Part shown: positions 30,024 to 40,922 of the stretch, piece by piece | Position numbering within the stretch: position 1 is the first letter of the stretch | Layout: every line of letters starts with the position of its first letter | Assembly (NCBI GenBank): GCA_965218295.1 | Contig: CBDCKN010000012.1 | Span: forward strand, 128,001 to 192,000 | DNA from: Longimicrobiales bacterium | Lineage (GTDB): Bacteria; Gemmatimonadota; Gemmatimonadetes; Longimicrobiales; Gaopeijiaceae | DNA length: 64,000 nucleotides | Direction: 5' to 3' | The notes under the pieces: model-generated | What the model was told of the DNA's origin: nothing | What the model saw: only the letters and a program-made list of their open reading frames with translations | The model's database searches: none | Translations under genes and position numbers: made by a program

Positions 30024-33000
30024 ATGAGTCGAACCATGAAGATGCCCCGCGCCTACGCTATCCTCACTTCCTGGATCCTTGCGTGGCCCCCCCTGCTGGT
30101 CCTCGGGACGTCGGCCCAGGCCCAGGAGGAGGCTCCTAGCGACCCCCTGGCCGTCACCAGCTTCCTGAAGTGGCGCGAGATCGGTCCCGCCGTCGTCGGC
30201 GGGCGCATCAGCGACCTCGCCGTAGACGAGTCGGACACGCGCGTCATCTACGTGGGCACGGCCACGGCCGGCGTGTGGAAGAGCACCAACCACGGCACGA
30301 CGTGGACCGCCCTCTTCACCGACGAGTCCACGGCTTCCATCGGGGACGTCACCCTCGCCCCATCGAACCCGAACGTGGTGTGGGTGGGAACGGGCGAGCC
30401 GCAGAACCGACAGAGCTCTCCGTGGGGAGACGGTGTCTTCAAGTCCATGGATGGAGGGCGCACGTGGACCAACGTCGGTCTCCAGGAAACCCGGCACATC
30501 TCCCGCATCCTCGTGCACCCGCGGAACCCGGACATCGCCTACGTGGCGGCCGTCGGCAACCTCTGGAGGTCGAGCCCGGAGCGTGGCGTCTACAAGACCA
30601 CCGACGGGGGCGCCACCTGGGATCTGGTCCTCTTCGTGGACAACGAGACCGGAGCCATCGACCTGATCATGGATCCGGCCGACCCCAACACGCTCTTCGC
30701 GGCCATGTACCAGCGCCAGCGGACGGCGTGGGGCTTCAACGGTGGCGGCCCGGGGAGCGGCATCTACCGTACCCTGGACGGCGGCGCCACCTGGGAGCGC
30801 CTTGCGGACGGCCTCCCCGAGGGTGACCTGGGGCGCATCGGGCTCGACGTATACAGGAGGGACGGCAACCTGGTCTTCGCCACCGTTCAGGCCCGCCGGG
30901 GCCAGAGCGGTGTCTACGCCTCGAGGGACCGCGGTGACACGTGGGAGATGTTCTCGAGCACCAACCCCCGCCCTATGTACTTCAGCATGATCCGGGTGGA
31001 TCCGAACAACCCCGAGCGAGTCTACGTCGGCGGCCAGAACCTCATGCGCTCCGACGACGGGGGACGGACGTTCACGAGCGGCGGAGCCCGCAACGTCCAC
31101 CTCGACCACCACGCCCTGTGGATCGACCCGTCCGACTCGAACCACCTGATCCTGGGAAGCGACGGCGGCGTCTCGACCTCGTTCGACGGCTCGGAGACGT
31201 GGCGTTTCTACGACAACCTCCCCATCGCCCAGTTCTACGAGATTGGCTACGACACGCGGAATCCGTACTGGGTATGCGGAGGACTCCAGGACAACGGAAG
31301 CTGGTGCGGCCCGACCAACACCCTCGACAGCCAGGGCATCCGGAACGCCGACTGGCAGAACATCGGGGGTGGGGACGGCTTTTACGTTCAGGTCGACCCC
31401 CTCGACTCGAGCGTGCTCTACGCCGAGTCCCAGAACGGCCGCGTGAGCCGCGTGGACCTCGAGACGGGAGAGCGCACCTCGATCGCACCTCGGCCCAACT
31501 TCGAGCTGGAAGAGGGCTCGTCCCCGAAGAAGGAGCATCCCGCGGCGGACGATCCCGACCCCGAGGACGCTCAGTACCGCTTCAACTGGAACACGCCTAC
31601 GCTGATCTCGTCCCACGATCGGAACACGCTGTACACGGGCAGCCAAATGCTCATGAAGAGCACGGACCGGGGCGTGAGCTGGACCCAGATCAGCCCCGAT
31701 CTGACCTTCGACATGGATCGGTCGCAGCTGCCCATCATGGGGGCCCTGCCCTCGGACTCCATGTTGTCCCGTCACGATGGCGTGTCGTACTACGGCACGC
31801 TCACCACGGTGGGCGAATCGTCCATGAACCGCGATGTCCTCTACACCGGCAGCGACGACGGTCGGGTCATGGGGACCCAGGACGGTGGCGCCAACTGGAC
31901 GGATCTCACGCCCAACATCACGGGCCTGCCCGAGAACACGTATGTGAGCCGTCTGGTGGCCTCCAACGCTCGTGAGAGCCGAATCTACGCCACCTTCGAC
32001 CGGCACTACTCGGGAGACTTCGCCGCGTACGTGTACATGAGCGACGACTTCGGAGTGACCTGGTGGCCGATCACCACCGGGCTCCCCCACTCGTCGGTGA
32101 ACATCCTCGCGGAGCACCCCGACCAGGAGAATCTGCTCTTCGTGGGGAACGAGGTGGGCCTCTACGTCTCCACGAACGGGGGCACGAGCTGGGAGCCCCT
32201 CATGAACGGCCTGCCCACTGTGCCCGTGGACGACATCAAGGTCCAGCCCGACCACAACGACCTTATCATTGGGACCCACGGTCGGGGCATCTGGGTCATG
32301 GACAACATTAGCCCCCTCGAAGAGGTCGCCGGCGGATCCATAGAGGCCTCGGACCCCTACCTCTTCCGTGTGGGCCAGGCGGTGGACTGGAGGACCTTCC
32401 GCATCCAGGAGTGGACCGCTTCCGGTGAGTTCCGGCTCCCCAACCCGTCGAACGGGGCACGCATCCGATACTGGCTCCCCGAGCAGGCCGCGACGTCGGC
32501 CGACGCTGCGGGGGAGAGTGCCGGCAGCGGGGATGATCACATCACGATCGAGATCATGACGGCCACAGGCCAGGGAGTGCGGACCCTCGAAGGGCCCTCC
32601 TCTCCAGGTGCCCACGAGGTCACCTGGGACTTCCGCATCGACCCGGCGTACGAGGCCGACGAGGGTGGTGGTGGTGGGTTCGGCGGAGGCGGCGCCGAGG
32701 GCCCGAAGGTGCTTCCCAGCGTCTACCAGATCCAGATCGAGGTCGGTGAGACCACCATGTTAGGCGACCTGGTCATGCGCCGGGATCCCCGCATCGAGGT
32801 GTCCCAGGAGGACCTGGCCGCGCGGCAGGCCGCGCTCATGTCGGTCTACCAGCTTCAGGCGCCGGTCTATCACGCCGGCCAAGCGATCCGGCGACTCAGG
32901 GATCAGCTCGCCGACGTGGACGACCTCCTGAACGACGCCACCGACGCGCCCGAAGCCCTGAGCGAGGAGGTGGAGGCGATCGAGGAAGAGCTGGAGAGTC

Positions 33001-33248
33001 TCGGGGACGACCTCGATGACCTCCCGGTGCAGCAGACGCGATCGGCCATCGAGGGGTCCACGACACGACCCACCGAGGACCAGTTTCAGGACATCGACGG
33101 GGCATGGGAGGACGCGCCCGGGATCATCGAGCGGCTCAACGCTCTCATCTCGGATCGGATGCCTGCCCTCAACCGTCGTCTTGACGATGAGGGTATCCGG
33201 GCCGATCCCGGGGAGGCCGTGGAGATGCCGAGACGAGGAGGCCGCTGA
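30024..33248 (+). CDS. Secreted sortilin/BNR-repeat beta-propeller (glycosyl hydrolase-like)
   Basis: Signal peptide, WREIGP..GGRI, many S/T-x-D-G-G-x-T-W Asp boxes, C-terminal coiled coil. Confidence 0.88.
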   Translation: MSRTMKMPRAYAILTSWILAWPPLLVLGTSAQAQEEAPSDPLAVTSFLKWREIGPAVVGGRISDLAVDESDTRVIYVGTATAGVWKSTNHGTTWTALFTDESTASIGDVTLAPSNPNVVWVGTGEPQNRQSSPWGDGVFKSMDGGRTWTNVGLQETRHISRILVHPRNPDIAYVAAVGNLWRSSPERGVYKTTDGGATWDLVLFVDNETGAIDLIMDPADPNTLFAAMYQRQRTAWGFNGGGPGSGIYRTLDGGATWERLADGLPEGDLGRIGLDVYRRDGNLVFATVQARRGQSGVYASRDRGDTWEMFSSTNPRPMYFSMIRVDPNNPERVYVGGQNLMRSDDGGRTFTSGGARNVHLDHHALWIDPSDSNHLILGSDGGVSTSFDGSETWRFYDNLPIAQFYEIGYDTRNPYWVCGGLQDNGSWCGPTNTLDSQGIRNADWQNIGGGDGFYVQVDPLDSSVLYAESQNGRVSRVDLETGERTSIAPRPNFELEEGSSPKKEHPAADDPDPEDAQYRFNWNTPTLISSHDRNTLYTGSQMLMKSTDRGVSWTQISPDLTFDMDRSQLPIMGALPSDSMLSRHDGVSYYGTLTTVGESSMNRDVLYTGSDDGRVMGTQDGGANWTDLTPNITGLPENTYVSRLVASNARESRIYATFDRHYSGDFAAYVYMSDDFGVTWWPITTGLPHSSVNILAEHPDQENLLFVGNEVGLYVSTNGGTSWEPLMNGLPTVPVDDIKVQPDHNDLIIGTHGRGIWVMDNISPLEEVAGGSIEASDPYLFRVGQAVDWRTFRIQEWTASGEFRLPNPSNGARIRYWLPEQAATSADAAGESAGSGDDHITIEIMTATGQGVRTLEGPSSPGAHEVTWDFRIDPAYEADEGGGGGFGGGGAEGPKVLPSVYQIQIEVGETTMLGDLVMRRDPRIEVSQEDLAARQAALMSVYQLQAPVYHAGQAIRRLRDQLADVDDLLNDATDAPEALSEEVEAIEEELESLGDDLDDLPVQQTRSAIEGSTTRPTEDQFQDIDGAWEDAPGIIERLNALISDRMPALNRRLDDEGIRADPGEAVEMPRRGGR

Positions 33249-33353
33249 CGGCCCGCAAATACGTATGCCTCCCGTGCTCCGCGAAAACTGGTCCTTCTGG
33301 CTCTAAGAACAGGAAAACTCCCCGAGGGGGCTCACAGGCCTCTAGAGGACCGC

Positions 33354-33722
33354 TCAGGTAATGTCGTCGACGCTCGCGGGTTGCGGCCTCGTTCCCTCCG
33401 CAACTTCTCGGATGATCTGCGACAGGTGTTCGGAGACCGGGTCGTGAGGGACCAGCTCCAGCGCCTTGCTCACGAAGCCCTCGGCTTCGGCGAGGTCACC
33501 GCCCAGAAGGTAGGCCAAAGCCAGGTTCGCCATGAGTCCAGGGTCGTCGGGGCGGGCGTCCAGGGCGGCCTGGCAGCACTGGAGCGCGAGCTCGGTGTTC
33601 CCGGCCTCGAAGGCGGCAAGCCCGGTCTCCCGAGCCACGTCGGAGGTCGTATCCGGCATGCGGATCCTTACGATCCGGTGCACCCGGCAGTTGAGCCCAA
33701 CCGCCTCCTTGGACGGACTCAT
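33354..33722 (-). CDS. TPR-repeat protein, probably an N-terminally truncated fragment
   Basis: ALQCCQAALDARPDDPGLMANLALAYL...ALELVPHD TPR pattern. Confidence 0.5.
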   Translation of the reverse strand: MSPSKEAVGLNCRVHRIVRIRMPDTTSDVARETGLAAFEAGNTELALQCCQAALDARPDDPGLMANLALAYLLGGDLAEAEGFVSKALELVPHDPVSEHLSQIIREVAEGTRPQPASVDDIT

Positions 33723-34063
33723 AGAGCGGAGGTAGGGACTCACTGGACCTACACGGTTTTGTCCAGGCCGTCCTCGCCGCTTCCAACGGTCGAGTTCCCT
33801 CAAAACGTGTTCTCTGGGACAGGCTCCAGGAGGCACGGCCCACCGTCCGACGCCGGAGGGTAGAGCAGCTGTAGGCCGGTGAAGGTGACGCGAGCTCGGC
33901 CCACGGCGGCGGCCACGCTATGCCAGGCCGATAGCACCTACTCGACTTGCGCATTTGTGAAAGAAGGTGCAAGATAATTGGTTATCCCTCCACGGGCGCC
34001 AGTCTCTGACGCAGATTCCCTCTTCAGGGTCGGGGGAATCGCTGGTGTGTTTACGCGTCGTAG

Positions 34064-37000
34064 ATGGAGGGGGCCGTGAGGATTATTCGACCGAGCACGC
34101 CCCCGCTCTACAACGGGGCATTCGAGCACGATGGCTGTGGCACGGGATTCGTCGCCACCATCGATGGCGAGCGTAGCCATCGCATCGTCGAGCTGGCGGT
34201 ACGGGCGGTCGTAAACCTCACACACCGCGGGGCCGTGTCGGCGGACGCCTCGTCCGGCGATGGGGCGGGCGTCACGATCCAGATTCCGCACGAGCTGTTG
34301 GCGGAGGACGCCACGCGCCTCGGCCTGGACCCGAGCCAACTGAGCGACCTGGCCGTGGCGATGGTCTTCTTGCCGAGGGACGAGGAGGCCCGGTCGCAGG
34401 CGCGGTCGTTGCTGGAGGAGGCCGCGCGCCGGACCGGTATCCAAGTGCTCGGTTGGCGTGTCGTGCCGATTGACGCTTCGGTCCTCGGAGGGTCGGCGCT
34501 GGAATCACTTCCGGGAATCGAGCAACTCCTGCTGGCGCGACCCCCGGAGCTGCAAGGCGCCGCCTTCGATCGGGCGCTCTACCTGGCGTGCCGTCGCGCG
34601 GAGGCCGTATTCCGCACGCACAAGATAGACGCATACATCGTCTCGATGTCTGGGCGTACCGTCGTCTACAAGGGGCTTATGGTCGCTCCGCAGCTGGGGC
34701 GCTTCTTCCGAGACCTCTCGGACCCGCGCACCCGCTCCGGGCTCGCCCTCTTCCACCAGCGCTTCGCGACCAACACGCTCCCGAGCTGGGATCTCGCACA
34801 ACCGTTCCGTCTCGTCGCCCACAATGGCGAGATCAATACCCTCGTCGGCAACCGCAACTGGATGAGCGCGCGAGAACCCGAGCTGACGTCGACCGTCTGG
34901 GGCGACCAACTCCAGGAACTGTTCCCGGTTATCTGGCCGATCGGCTCCGACACCGCCTCCCTGGACGAGGCCCTCGAGCTGCTCGTGACCTCCGGCCGCG
35001 ACCTGCTGCACGCGATGGCGATGCTGATCCCGGAGGCCTGGGAGAACATGCCCAACATGGACCCGGGGCTGCGCGCCTTCTACGAGTACCATGCGTGTCT
35101 CGCGGAGCCGTGGGACGGCCCGGCCGCGGTTGCGTTCACCGACGGCACCGTGGTCGCCGCGGTGATGGATCGCAACGGGCTCCGTCCGGCGCGCTATCAG
35201 GTTACGTCCGACGGCCTGGTGATCATGAGCTCGGAGGTGGGCCTGTTGGACATCCCGCTGAGCGAGATCGTCGAGTCCGGGCGCATCGGGCCCGGAGAGA
35301 TGATCGCCGTCGATGGGGAAAGGCAGCGGTTCCTGCGCAACGACGAGATCAAGGGGGACTTTGCCTCGCGCCGCCCCTATGGCGAGTGGGTGAGTCGTAA
35401 CCTTCACGACCTGAACTCCTCGTTGGACCGCGACGACGGGTGCCACCCTCCGCAGGCTGTCGGGAACGTCGAGCAGATGCAGGTGCTCCACGGATACACG
35501 CGCGAAGAGATCCGGTCCGTCATCACACCGATGGTGCAGCAGGGCAAAGAACCGACGGGATCGATGGGCGACGACACGCCGCCGTCGATCCTCAACGACC
35601 GGCAGCGGCTGCTCTACACGTACTTCCGGCAGCGCTTCGCGCAGGTGACCAACCCCCCGATCGACTCCTTGCGCGAGGAGATCGTGATGTCGCTGAACAC
35701 GTACCTGGGTCGGCGGCGCTCGATCTTGGAGGAAGCGCCTGAAGCCGCGCGGCTGGTGCGCCTGATGAGTCCGCTCATGACGGACCAGGATCTGGCGGCG
35801 CTGCGCCTGACACCGGGGTGGAAGCTTGCGACTCTCGACGCGTGCTTCGCGGCGGAGGACGGCGAAGATGGACTCGTTCACGGACTGGACGAACTCTGCG
35901 CGGCAGCGGTGACCGCGATCGACGAGGGACACAGTTTGCTGGTCATCAGCGACCGTCTGGTCGACGAGCACCGCGCGCCGATCCCCATGCTGCTCGCGGT
36001 CTCGACCGTCCACCACCACCTGATCCGCGAAGGCCGGCGGATGCGCGCTAGCATCGTCGCTGAGACCGGCGACGCGCGGGACGTGCACCACTTCGGCGCG
36101 CTGATCGGCTTCGGCGCCTCGGCCGTGAACCCGTATCTCGTATTCGAGACTTTGCAGGCTCTGGTGCACCAAGGAGCGTTCGAGGAGCGCACGCTCGATG
36201 AGGTGATGCACAGCTACATCCAGGCCGTCGACGCAGGCATCCTCAAGGTGATGTCGAAGATGGGCATTTCCGCTGTTTCCTCCTATCACGGGGCCCAGAT
36301 CTTCGAGGCGCTGGGCATCGGCGATGAGGTGATCCAGCGCTGTTTCCCCGGCACGACGTCCCGCATTGGCGGCATCGGCTTCGAGGAGATCGCAAATGAC
36401 GTCCTCGAGCGGCACCGCCGCGCGTACTCGGACGACCCCATGGAGCGCGGTGGCTGGTACCAGTACCGTCGCGACGGTGACTACCACGCCAACGCGCCCC
36501 AGGTCTGGCGCGCTCTGCACAAGGTCACGCAGGGCGGTGGAACGGAAGAGTATCGCGCGTACTCGAGTCTGGTTCACGACCGACCGCCCACGGCGCTGCG
36601 CGACCTACTCGAGTTCGCACCGGATCGCCAACCGATCGACGTCGATCGCGTGGAGCCGATCGAGCAGGTGACACGCCGCTTCCAGACCGGCGCGATGTCG
36701 TTGGGCGCGCTGAGTCCCGAGGCGCACGAGGACGTCGCGCGCGCCATGAACCGACTGGGAGGGCGCTCCAACACCGGAGAGGGAGGCGAGGACCCTCGCC
36801 GTTTCGCGCCGGACGGCGACAAGCGCGACGCGAACTCGACGGTGAAGCAAGTCGCCTCAGGGCGCTTCGGCGTGACCCCCGCCTACTTGGCCGGCTCACA
36901 CGAATTGGAGATCAAGATGGCGCAGGGCTCCAAGCCCGGGGAGGGCGGGCAGCTCCCTGGTCACAAGGTCTCGGAGTACATCGCTGGGTTGCGTCACGTG

Positions 37001-38722
37001 ATGCCTGGGACGCCGTTGATCTCCCCACCGCCTCATCACGACATCTACTCGATCGAGGACATCGCGCAGCTGATCTATGACCTGAAGATGGCCAACCCCC
37101 GCGCCCGCGTCTGCGTAAAGCTGGTCGCTGCCGAGGGTGTCGGCACGATCGCGGCCGGCGTCGCCAAGGCCTACGCCGACGTGATCCAGATCAGCGGGGC
37201 GGATGGCGGCACCGGCGCCTCGCCTCTCTCGTCGATCAAATACGCGGGCAATCCTTGGGAGCTCGGCCTCGCGGAGACGCAGCAGACGCTGGTGATGAAC
37301 GGGCTGCGCGGTCGGGTGACGCTGCGCACTGACGGTGGCCTGCACACTGGGCGAGACGTGGTGGTCGCGGCCCTCCTTGGTGCCGAACAATACGGCTTCG
37401 GCACCGCCGCGCTGATCGCTATAGGTTGTAAGATGGCGCGCCAGTGCCACCTCAATACGTGCCCCGTGGGGATCGCCACGCAGAGTGAGGATTACCGCAA
37501 GAAGTACTTCGGTACGCCCGAGATGCTGATCGACTTCCTCACGCACGTCGCTCAAGAGGTGCGTGAGATCCTGGCAGGACTCGGCTATGAGCGGCTGGAC
37601 GACGTGATCGGGCGCGCCGATCTGTTGCGGCAGCTCCCGTCGCGTGAGGTCGATCGCTGGCGAGGCGTGGACCTGTCGAAGCTCATCGCGCCGGCATCGA
37701 GCGAGTCGGGGGAGCCCGCCCACGCCATCCAGGATCGCAACGACCGCCCAGGCACCGCGCTGGACGACCGGATCTTGGAGGATCTCGATCGCGCATGGGA
37801 GGACGGCACGCCCTTCCGTGGCTCATATCAGATCTACAACACGGACCGCACCGTCGGCGGACGCATCGGCGGGCGCATCGCGCAGATCCACGGTGACGCC
37901 GGCCTGCCGGAGGGTTCCATCAAGCTGCACTTCACAGGCTCGGCAGGGCAGTCGTTTGGCGCCTGGCTGGTCCCGGGCGTCAGGCTGCGCCTGGTCGGCG
38001 AGGCCAACGACTACGTAGCCAAGGGGATGACGGGCGGTGAGATCACGATCCGCGCGCCTGGTGAGGCCGGGTTCGAAGCGCACGACGCGACGCTGGTCGG
38101 CAACACCGTGCTCTACGGGGCCACCGGCGGAAGCCTCTTCATCGCGGGCCGCGCCGGCGAGCGATTCGCCGTGCGCAACTCCGGCGCTCGCACCGTCGTG
38201 GAGGGCGTCGGCGACCACGCCTGTGAGTACATGACGGATGGCGTCGTCGTGATCCTGGGCGACACGGGTCGCAACTTCGGCGCGGGCATGTCGAACGGCG
38301 TGGCCTTCGTGCTGGACGAGCGGGGCAGCCTCCCTTCGCGCGTGAACCCGGAGCTCGTAGGCTGGGAGCGCGTGACCGAGGCGGCAGACATCGAGCTGCT
38401 GACGGCTCTGATCAGACGTCACCGTGAGCGGACCGGGTCGCGCCTAGCCCGCCAGATCCTGAGGCACTGGCCGGACGTGCTGCCGAAGTTCCGGAAAGTC
38501 GCCCCCAAGATCGCGCTGAGCGAGGATGGCCCCATGACGGTGGTGCGGCGCCACCTCGAGCGTCTGCAGAAGCTGACTCGTCCACGGGCGCGCCGGACAG
38601 ATCGAGCAGAAGCAGAATTGCAGGAGCCCATGCCATTGTCTGAAGCAAGGCGAGACCGTCCTGGAACCGGGAAGCGGCGCAGGCGAGATCCGTCCCACCA
38701 CCACACGGGTTGGAGTCCATGA
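34064..38722 (+). CDS. gltB: Glutamate synthase large subunit
   Basis: HDGCGTGF amidotransferase Cys, HQRFATNT, KQVASGRFGV, GCKMARQCHLNTCP 3Fe-4S motif, GXGXG domain. Confidence 0.96.
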   Translation: MEGAVRIIRPSTPPLYNGAFEHDGCGTGFVATIDGERSHRIVELAVRAVVNLTHRGAVSADASSGDGAGVTIQIPHELLAEDATRLGLDPSQLSDLAVAMVFLPRDEEARSQARSLLEEAARRTGIQVLGWRVVPIDASVLGGSALESLPGIEQLLLARPPELQGAAFDRALYLACRRAEAVFRTHKIDAYIVSMSGRTVVYKGLMVAPQLGRFFRDLSDPRTRSGLALFHQRFATNTLPSWDLAQPFRLVAHNGEINTLVGNRNWMSAREPELTSTVWGDQLQELFPVIWPIGSDTASLDEALELLVTSGRDLLHAMAMLIPEAWENMPNMDPGLRAFYEYHACLAEPWDGPAAVAFTDGTVVAAVMDRNGLRPARYQVTSDGLVIMSSEVGLLDIPLSEIVESGRIGPGEMIAVDGERQRFLRNDEIKGDFASRRPYGEWVSRNLHDLNSSLDRDDGCHPPQAVGNVEQMQVLHGYTREEIRSVITPMVQQGKEPTGSMGDDTPPSILNDRQRLLYTYFRQRFAQVTNPPIDSLREEIVMSLNTYLGRRRSILEEAPEAARLVRLMSPLMTDQDLAALRLTPGWKLATLDACFAAEDGEDGLVHGLDELCAAAVTAIDEGHSLLVISDRLVDEHRAPIPMLLAVSTVHHHLIREGRRMRASIVAETGDARDVHHFGALIGFGASAVNPYLVFETLQALVHQGAFEERTLDEVMHSYIQAVDAGILKVMSKMGISAVSSYHGAQIFEALGIGDEVIQRCFPGTTSRIGGIGFEEIANDVLERHRRAYSDDPMERGGWYQYRRDGDYHANAPQVWRALHKVTQGGGTEEYRAYSSLVHDRPPTALRDLLEFAPDRQPIDVDRVEPIEQVTRRFQTGAMSLGALSPEAHEDVARAMNRLGGRSNTGEGGEDPRRFAPDGDKRDANSTVKQVASGRFGVTPAYLAGSHELEIKMAQGSKPGEGGQLPGHKVSEYIAGLRHVMPGTPLISPPPHHDIYSIEDIAQLIYDLKMANPRARVCVKLVAAEGVGTIAAGVAKAYADVIQISGADGGTGASPLSSIKYAGNPWELGLAETQQTLVMNGLRGRVTLRTDGGLHTGRDVVVAALLGAEQYGFGTAALIAIGCKMARQCHLNTCPVGIATQSEDYRKKYFGTPEMLIDFLTHVAQEVREILAGLGYERLDDVIGRADLLRQLPSREVDRWRGVDLSKLIAPASSESGEPAHAIQDRNDRPGTALDDRILEDLDRAWEDGTPFRGSYQIYNTDRTVGGRIGGRIAQIHGDAGLPEGSIKLHFTGSAGQSFGAWLVPGVRLRLVGEANDYVAKGMTGGEITIRAPGEAGFEAHDATLVGNTVLYGATGGSLFIAGRAGERFAVRNSGARTVVEGVGDHACEYMTDGVVVILGDTGRNFGAGMSNGVAFVLDERGSLPSRVNPELVGWERVTEAADIELLTALIRRHRERTGSRLARQILRHWPDVLPKFRKVAPKIALSEDGPMTVVRRHLERLQKLTRPRARRTDRAEAELQEPMPLSEARRDRPGTGKRRRRDPSHHHTGWSP

Positions 38723-38928
38723 TGCGCCGACCTGCCGTCCTGACCGTCTTGCTGCTTGCGGTGGGGCCGCACGAATTCGTACGACCGAAGAAGATATTGC
38801 CGCGGTAACGTCCGTCACCTGAGGAGCTCGTTGCGCCTCGGCCTCGGCGACAGCGACCCGGACAGGGATCAGCGTGTCCGGGGTGACCGACATCGACGTG
38901 ATCCCGCACGACTCCGGAGGCGTGGGCT

Positions 38929-39084
38929 TCAATTGATGTGAACCGCGATCCGCTCGGCGAGCGCGGCAATCGTGCGCGACGGATTGAGTCCGACCGCCTC
39001 CGGCACGATCGCTCCGTCCGCGACGTACAGTCGCTCGTGGCCGAACACCTCGCCGAGGTGATTCACCACGCCATTCGCCGAAGT
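38929..39084 (-). pseudogene. GMC oxidoreductase (cholesterol oxidase-like) C-terminal fragment
   Basis: Manual translation: NGVVNHLGEVFGHERLYVADGAIVPEAVGLNPSRTIAALAERIAVHIN*. Not in the ORF track. Confidence 0.75.
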
Positions 39085-39282
39085 GGTACGGTCTTCTTGG
39101 ACATGCAACGTTCATACGTATACTCACGATATAAAGATACGTATACCTTTTCGAGGGAGAACTTGGATCGAGAACCGGATTCTGGGGGATCAGGTTGTCA
39201 GGGTGGACTACAACAGCGACATTCGTCCCGCTCGACATTCCGGCTACTACGAACAGCAGCATGACTCCCTGAGGAGCGGCCC

Positions 39283-39795
39283 GTGAATCTGGACGAGGTC
39301 CAGGCCGTGATCGACAGCGCCAAGGCGCGAGGCACGGCGGTACTGGAGAAGTACGTTCGGGACAGAATGCCCGACGCTTCGGAACAGGAGGTCCGGGATG
39401 CCGCCGAAGTCGCGCTGGAGATCATCGAGACGGTGCCCATCTTCCTCGCCACCGCCGCTCAGGAGGCCGAGGAGCGCCACCTCACTCCGGTCGTGCAGCC
39501 CCTGCTGGATCGGGCGGTCCGCTACTTCCTCCACCCCGTCGACATCATACCCGAGATGACCCTGGGGTTGGTCGGGCTCTTGGATGATACCTATCTGGTC
39601 CTTCGCATCCTCCAGGTGCTCGAGCAGGGACCCCAGCCCCTCGTGGAGTGGGATCTGGATCACCCGACGACCTTCATGCGCAAGCTGCTCGGCGAGCAGG
39701 TAGGCCAGCAGCTCGACGCCATGTCGGCCATCGCGTTCGAGGAGGTGGCTGGAAGCGCCGGTCGGTTCTGGCACACGGAGCCGCTCGACGCCTGA
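39283..39795 (+). CDS. YkvA/DUF1232 domain protein
   Basis: YFLHPVDIIPE..GLVGLLDD; GAGGAG RBS. Confidence 0.8.
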   Translation: MNLDEVQAVIDSAKARGTAVLEKYVRDRMPDASEQEVRDAAEVALEIIETVPIFLATAAQEAEERHLTPVVQPLLDRAVRYFLHPVDIIPEMTLGLVGLLDDTYLVLRILQVLEQGPQPLVEWDLDHPTTFMRKLLGEQVGQQLDAMSAIAFEEVAGSAGRFWHTEPLDA

Positions 39796-39875
39796 GCCGT
39801 AGCGAGTGTCACGCGCGTCGTCCGGCGCGCGTCGAGTGCATACACCACACTAGAGTAAATCATCAAGGAGGGACG

Positions 39876-40922
39876 ATGCGCATCGTGCATCTGATTCCGC
39901 TCGGAGCCCTGGTGCTGGGGCTCTCCGCCGACGCCCTGACGGCCCAAATGGTCCAGGAGATCGAGATTGCCGAGTGGGAGGTACCTTGGGAGAACAGCCG
40001 TCCGCGTGATCCGTACGTGGCCCCCGACAGCAAGGTCTGGTTCGTGGGCCAGCGCAGTCACTACGCTGCCTGGCTGGACCGGGAGACCGGGGAATTCAAG
40101 CGGTTCCCCCTCGACGAGGGCACCGGTCCCCACAACCTGATCGTAGACGACGACGGAACCGTTTTCTACGCGGGAAACCGGGTGCGGCATATCGGCAAGC
40201 TCGACCCGGAGACGGGTGACATCGAGAAGTTCTGGATGCCCGACGAGGCGGCCCGCGATCCACACACCCTGGTCTTCGGTGGGGACGACGACCTGTGGTT
40301 CACGGTCCAGGGCGGCAACTTCGTCGGACGTTTCGCCCGCGGGACCGGCGACATGCACCTCGTGAAGGCACCCGAGGTCACGAATGGCAGGGGGTCGTCC
40401 AGCCGTCCCTACGGGATAAAGATGGACTCGAAGAACCACCCGTGGATCACATTGTTCAACACGAACAAGATCGCCACTGTGGACCCGGAGACGATGGAGC
40501 TCACCTCCTTCGACCTCCCCGACGAGCGCACGCGACCGCGCCGCCTCGTCGTCGACTCCCACGACATCGTCTGGTACGTGGACTACAGCCTCGGCCGGCT
40601 GGGTCGGCTGGACCCCCGGACGGGAGACATCAAGGAGTGGGACAACCCGTCGGGGGCGAAGTCGAGGCCGTACGCGGTGGCCATCGACGCATCGGACCGT
40701 ATCTGGTTCGTCGAGACGGGAGTGCAGCCCAACAAGTTCGTCGGCTTCGATCCGGCCACTGAGCAGTTCTTCTCCATCACCGAGATTGGAAGCGGTGGGG
40801 GCTCGGTCCGCCACATGTTCTACGAAGAGAGCACCAACTCGATCTGGTTCGGATCCGATGAGAACACGATTGGGCAGGCTAAGCTTCCCCCGCTGAGGCC
40901 CCGGACGACCACCGACCGTTAG
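39876..40922 (+). CDS. Virginiamycin B lyase (Vgb)-family beta-propeller
   Basis: AAGGAGG RBS, signal peptide, repeated RPYGI/PH..WF..IG.LDP units. Confidence 0.85.
   Translation: MRIVHLIPLGALVLGLSADALTAQMVQEIEIAEWEVPWENSRPRDPYVAPDSKVWFVGQRSHYAAWLDRETGEFKRFPLDEGTGPHNLIVDDDGTVFYAGNRVRHIGKLDPETGDIEKFWMPDEAARDPHTLVFGGDDDLWFTVQGGNFVGRFARGTGDMHLVKAPEVTNGRGSSSRPYGIKMDSKNHPWITLFNTNKIATVDPETMELTSFDLPDERTRPRRLVVDSHDIVWYVDYSLGRLGRLDPRTGDIKEWDNPSGAKSRPYAVAIDASDRIWFVETGVQPNKFVGFDPATEQFFSITEIGSGGGSVRHMFYEESTNSIWFGSDENTIGQAKLPPLRPRTTTDR

Noticed and set aside
38720..38925. Degenerate secreted-protein fragment after gltB
   Set aside because: Multiple frame breaks; no family supportable.
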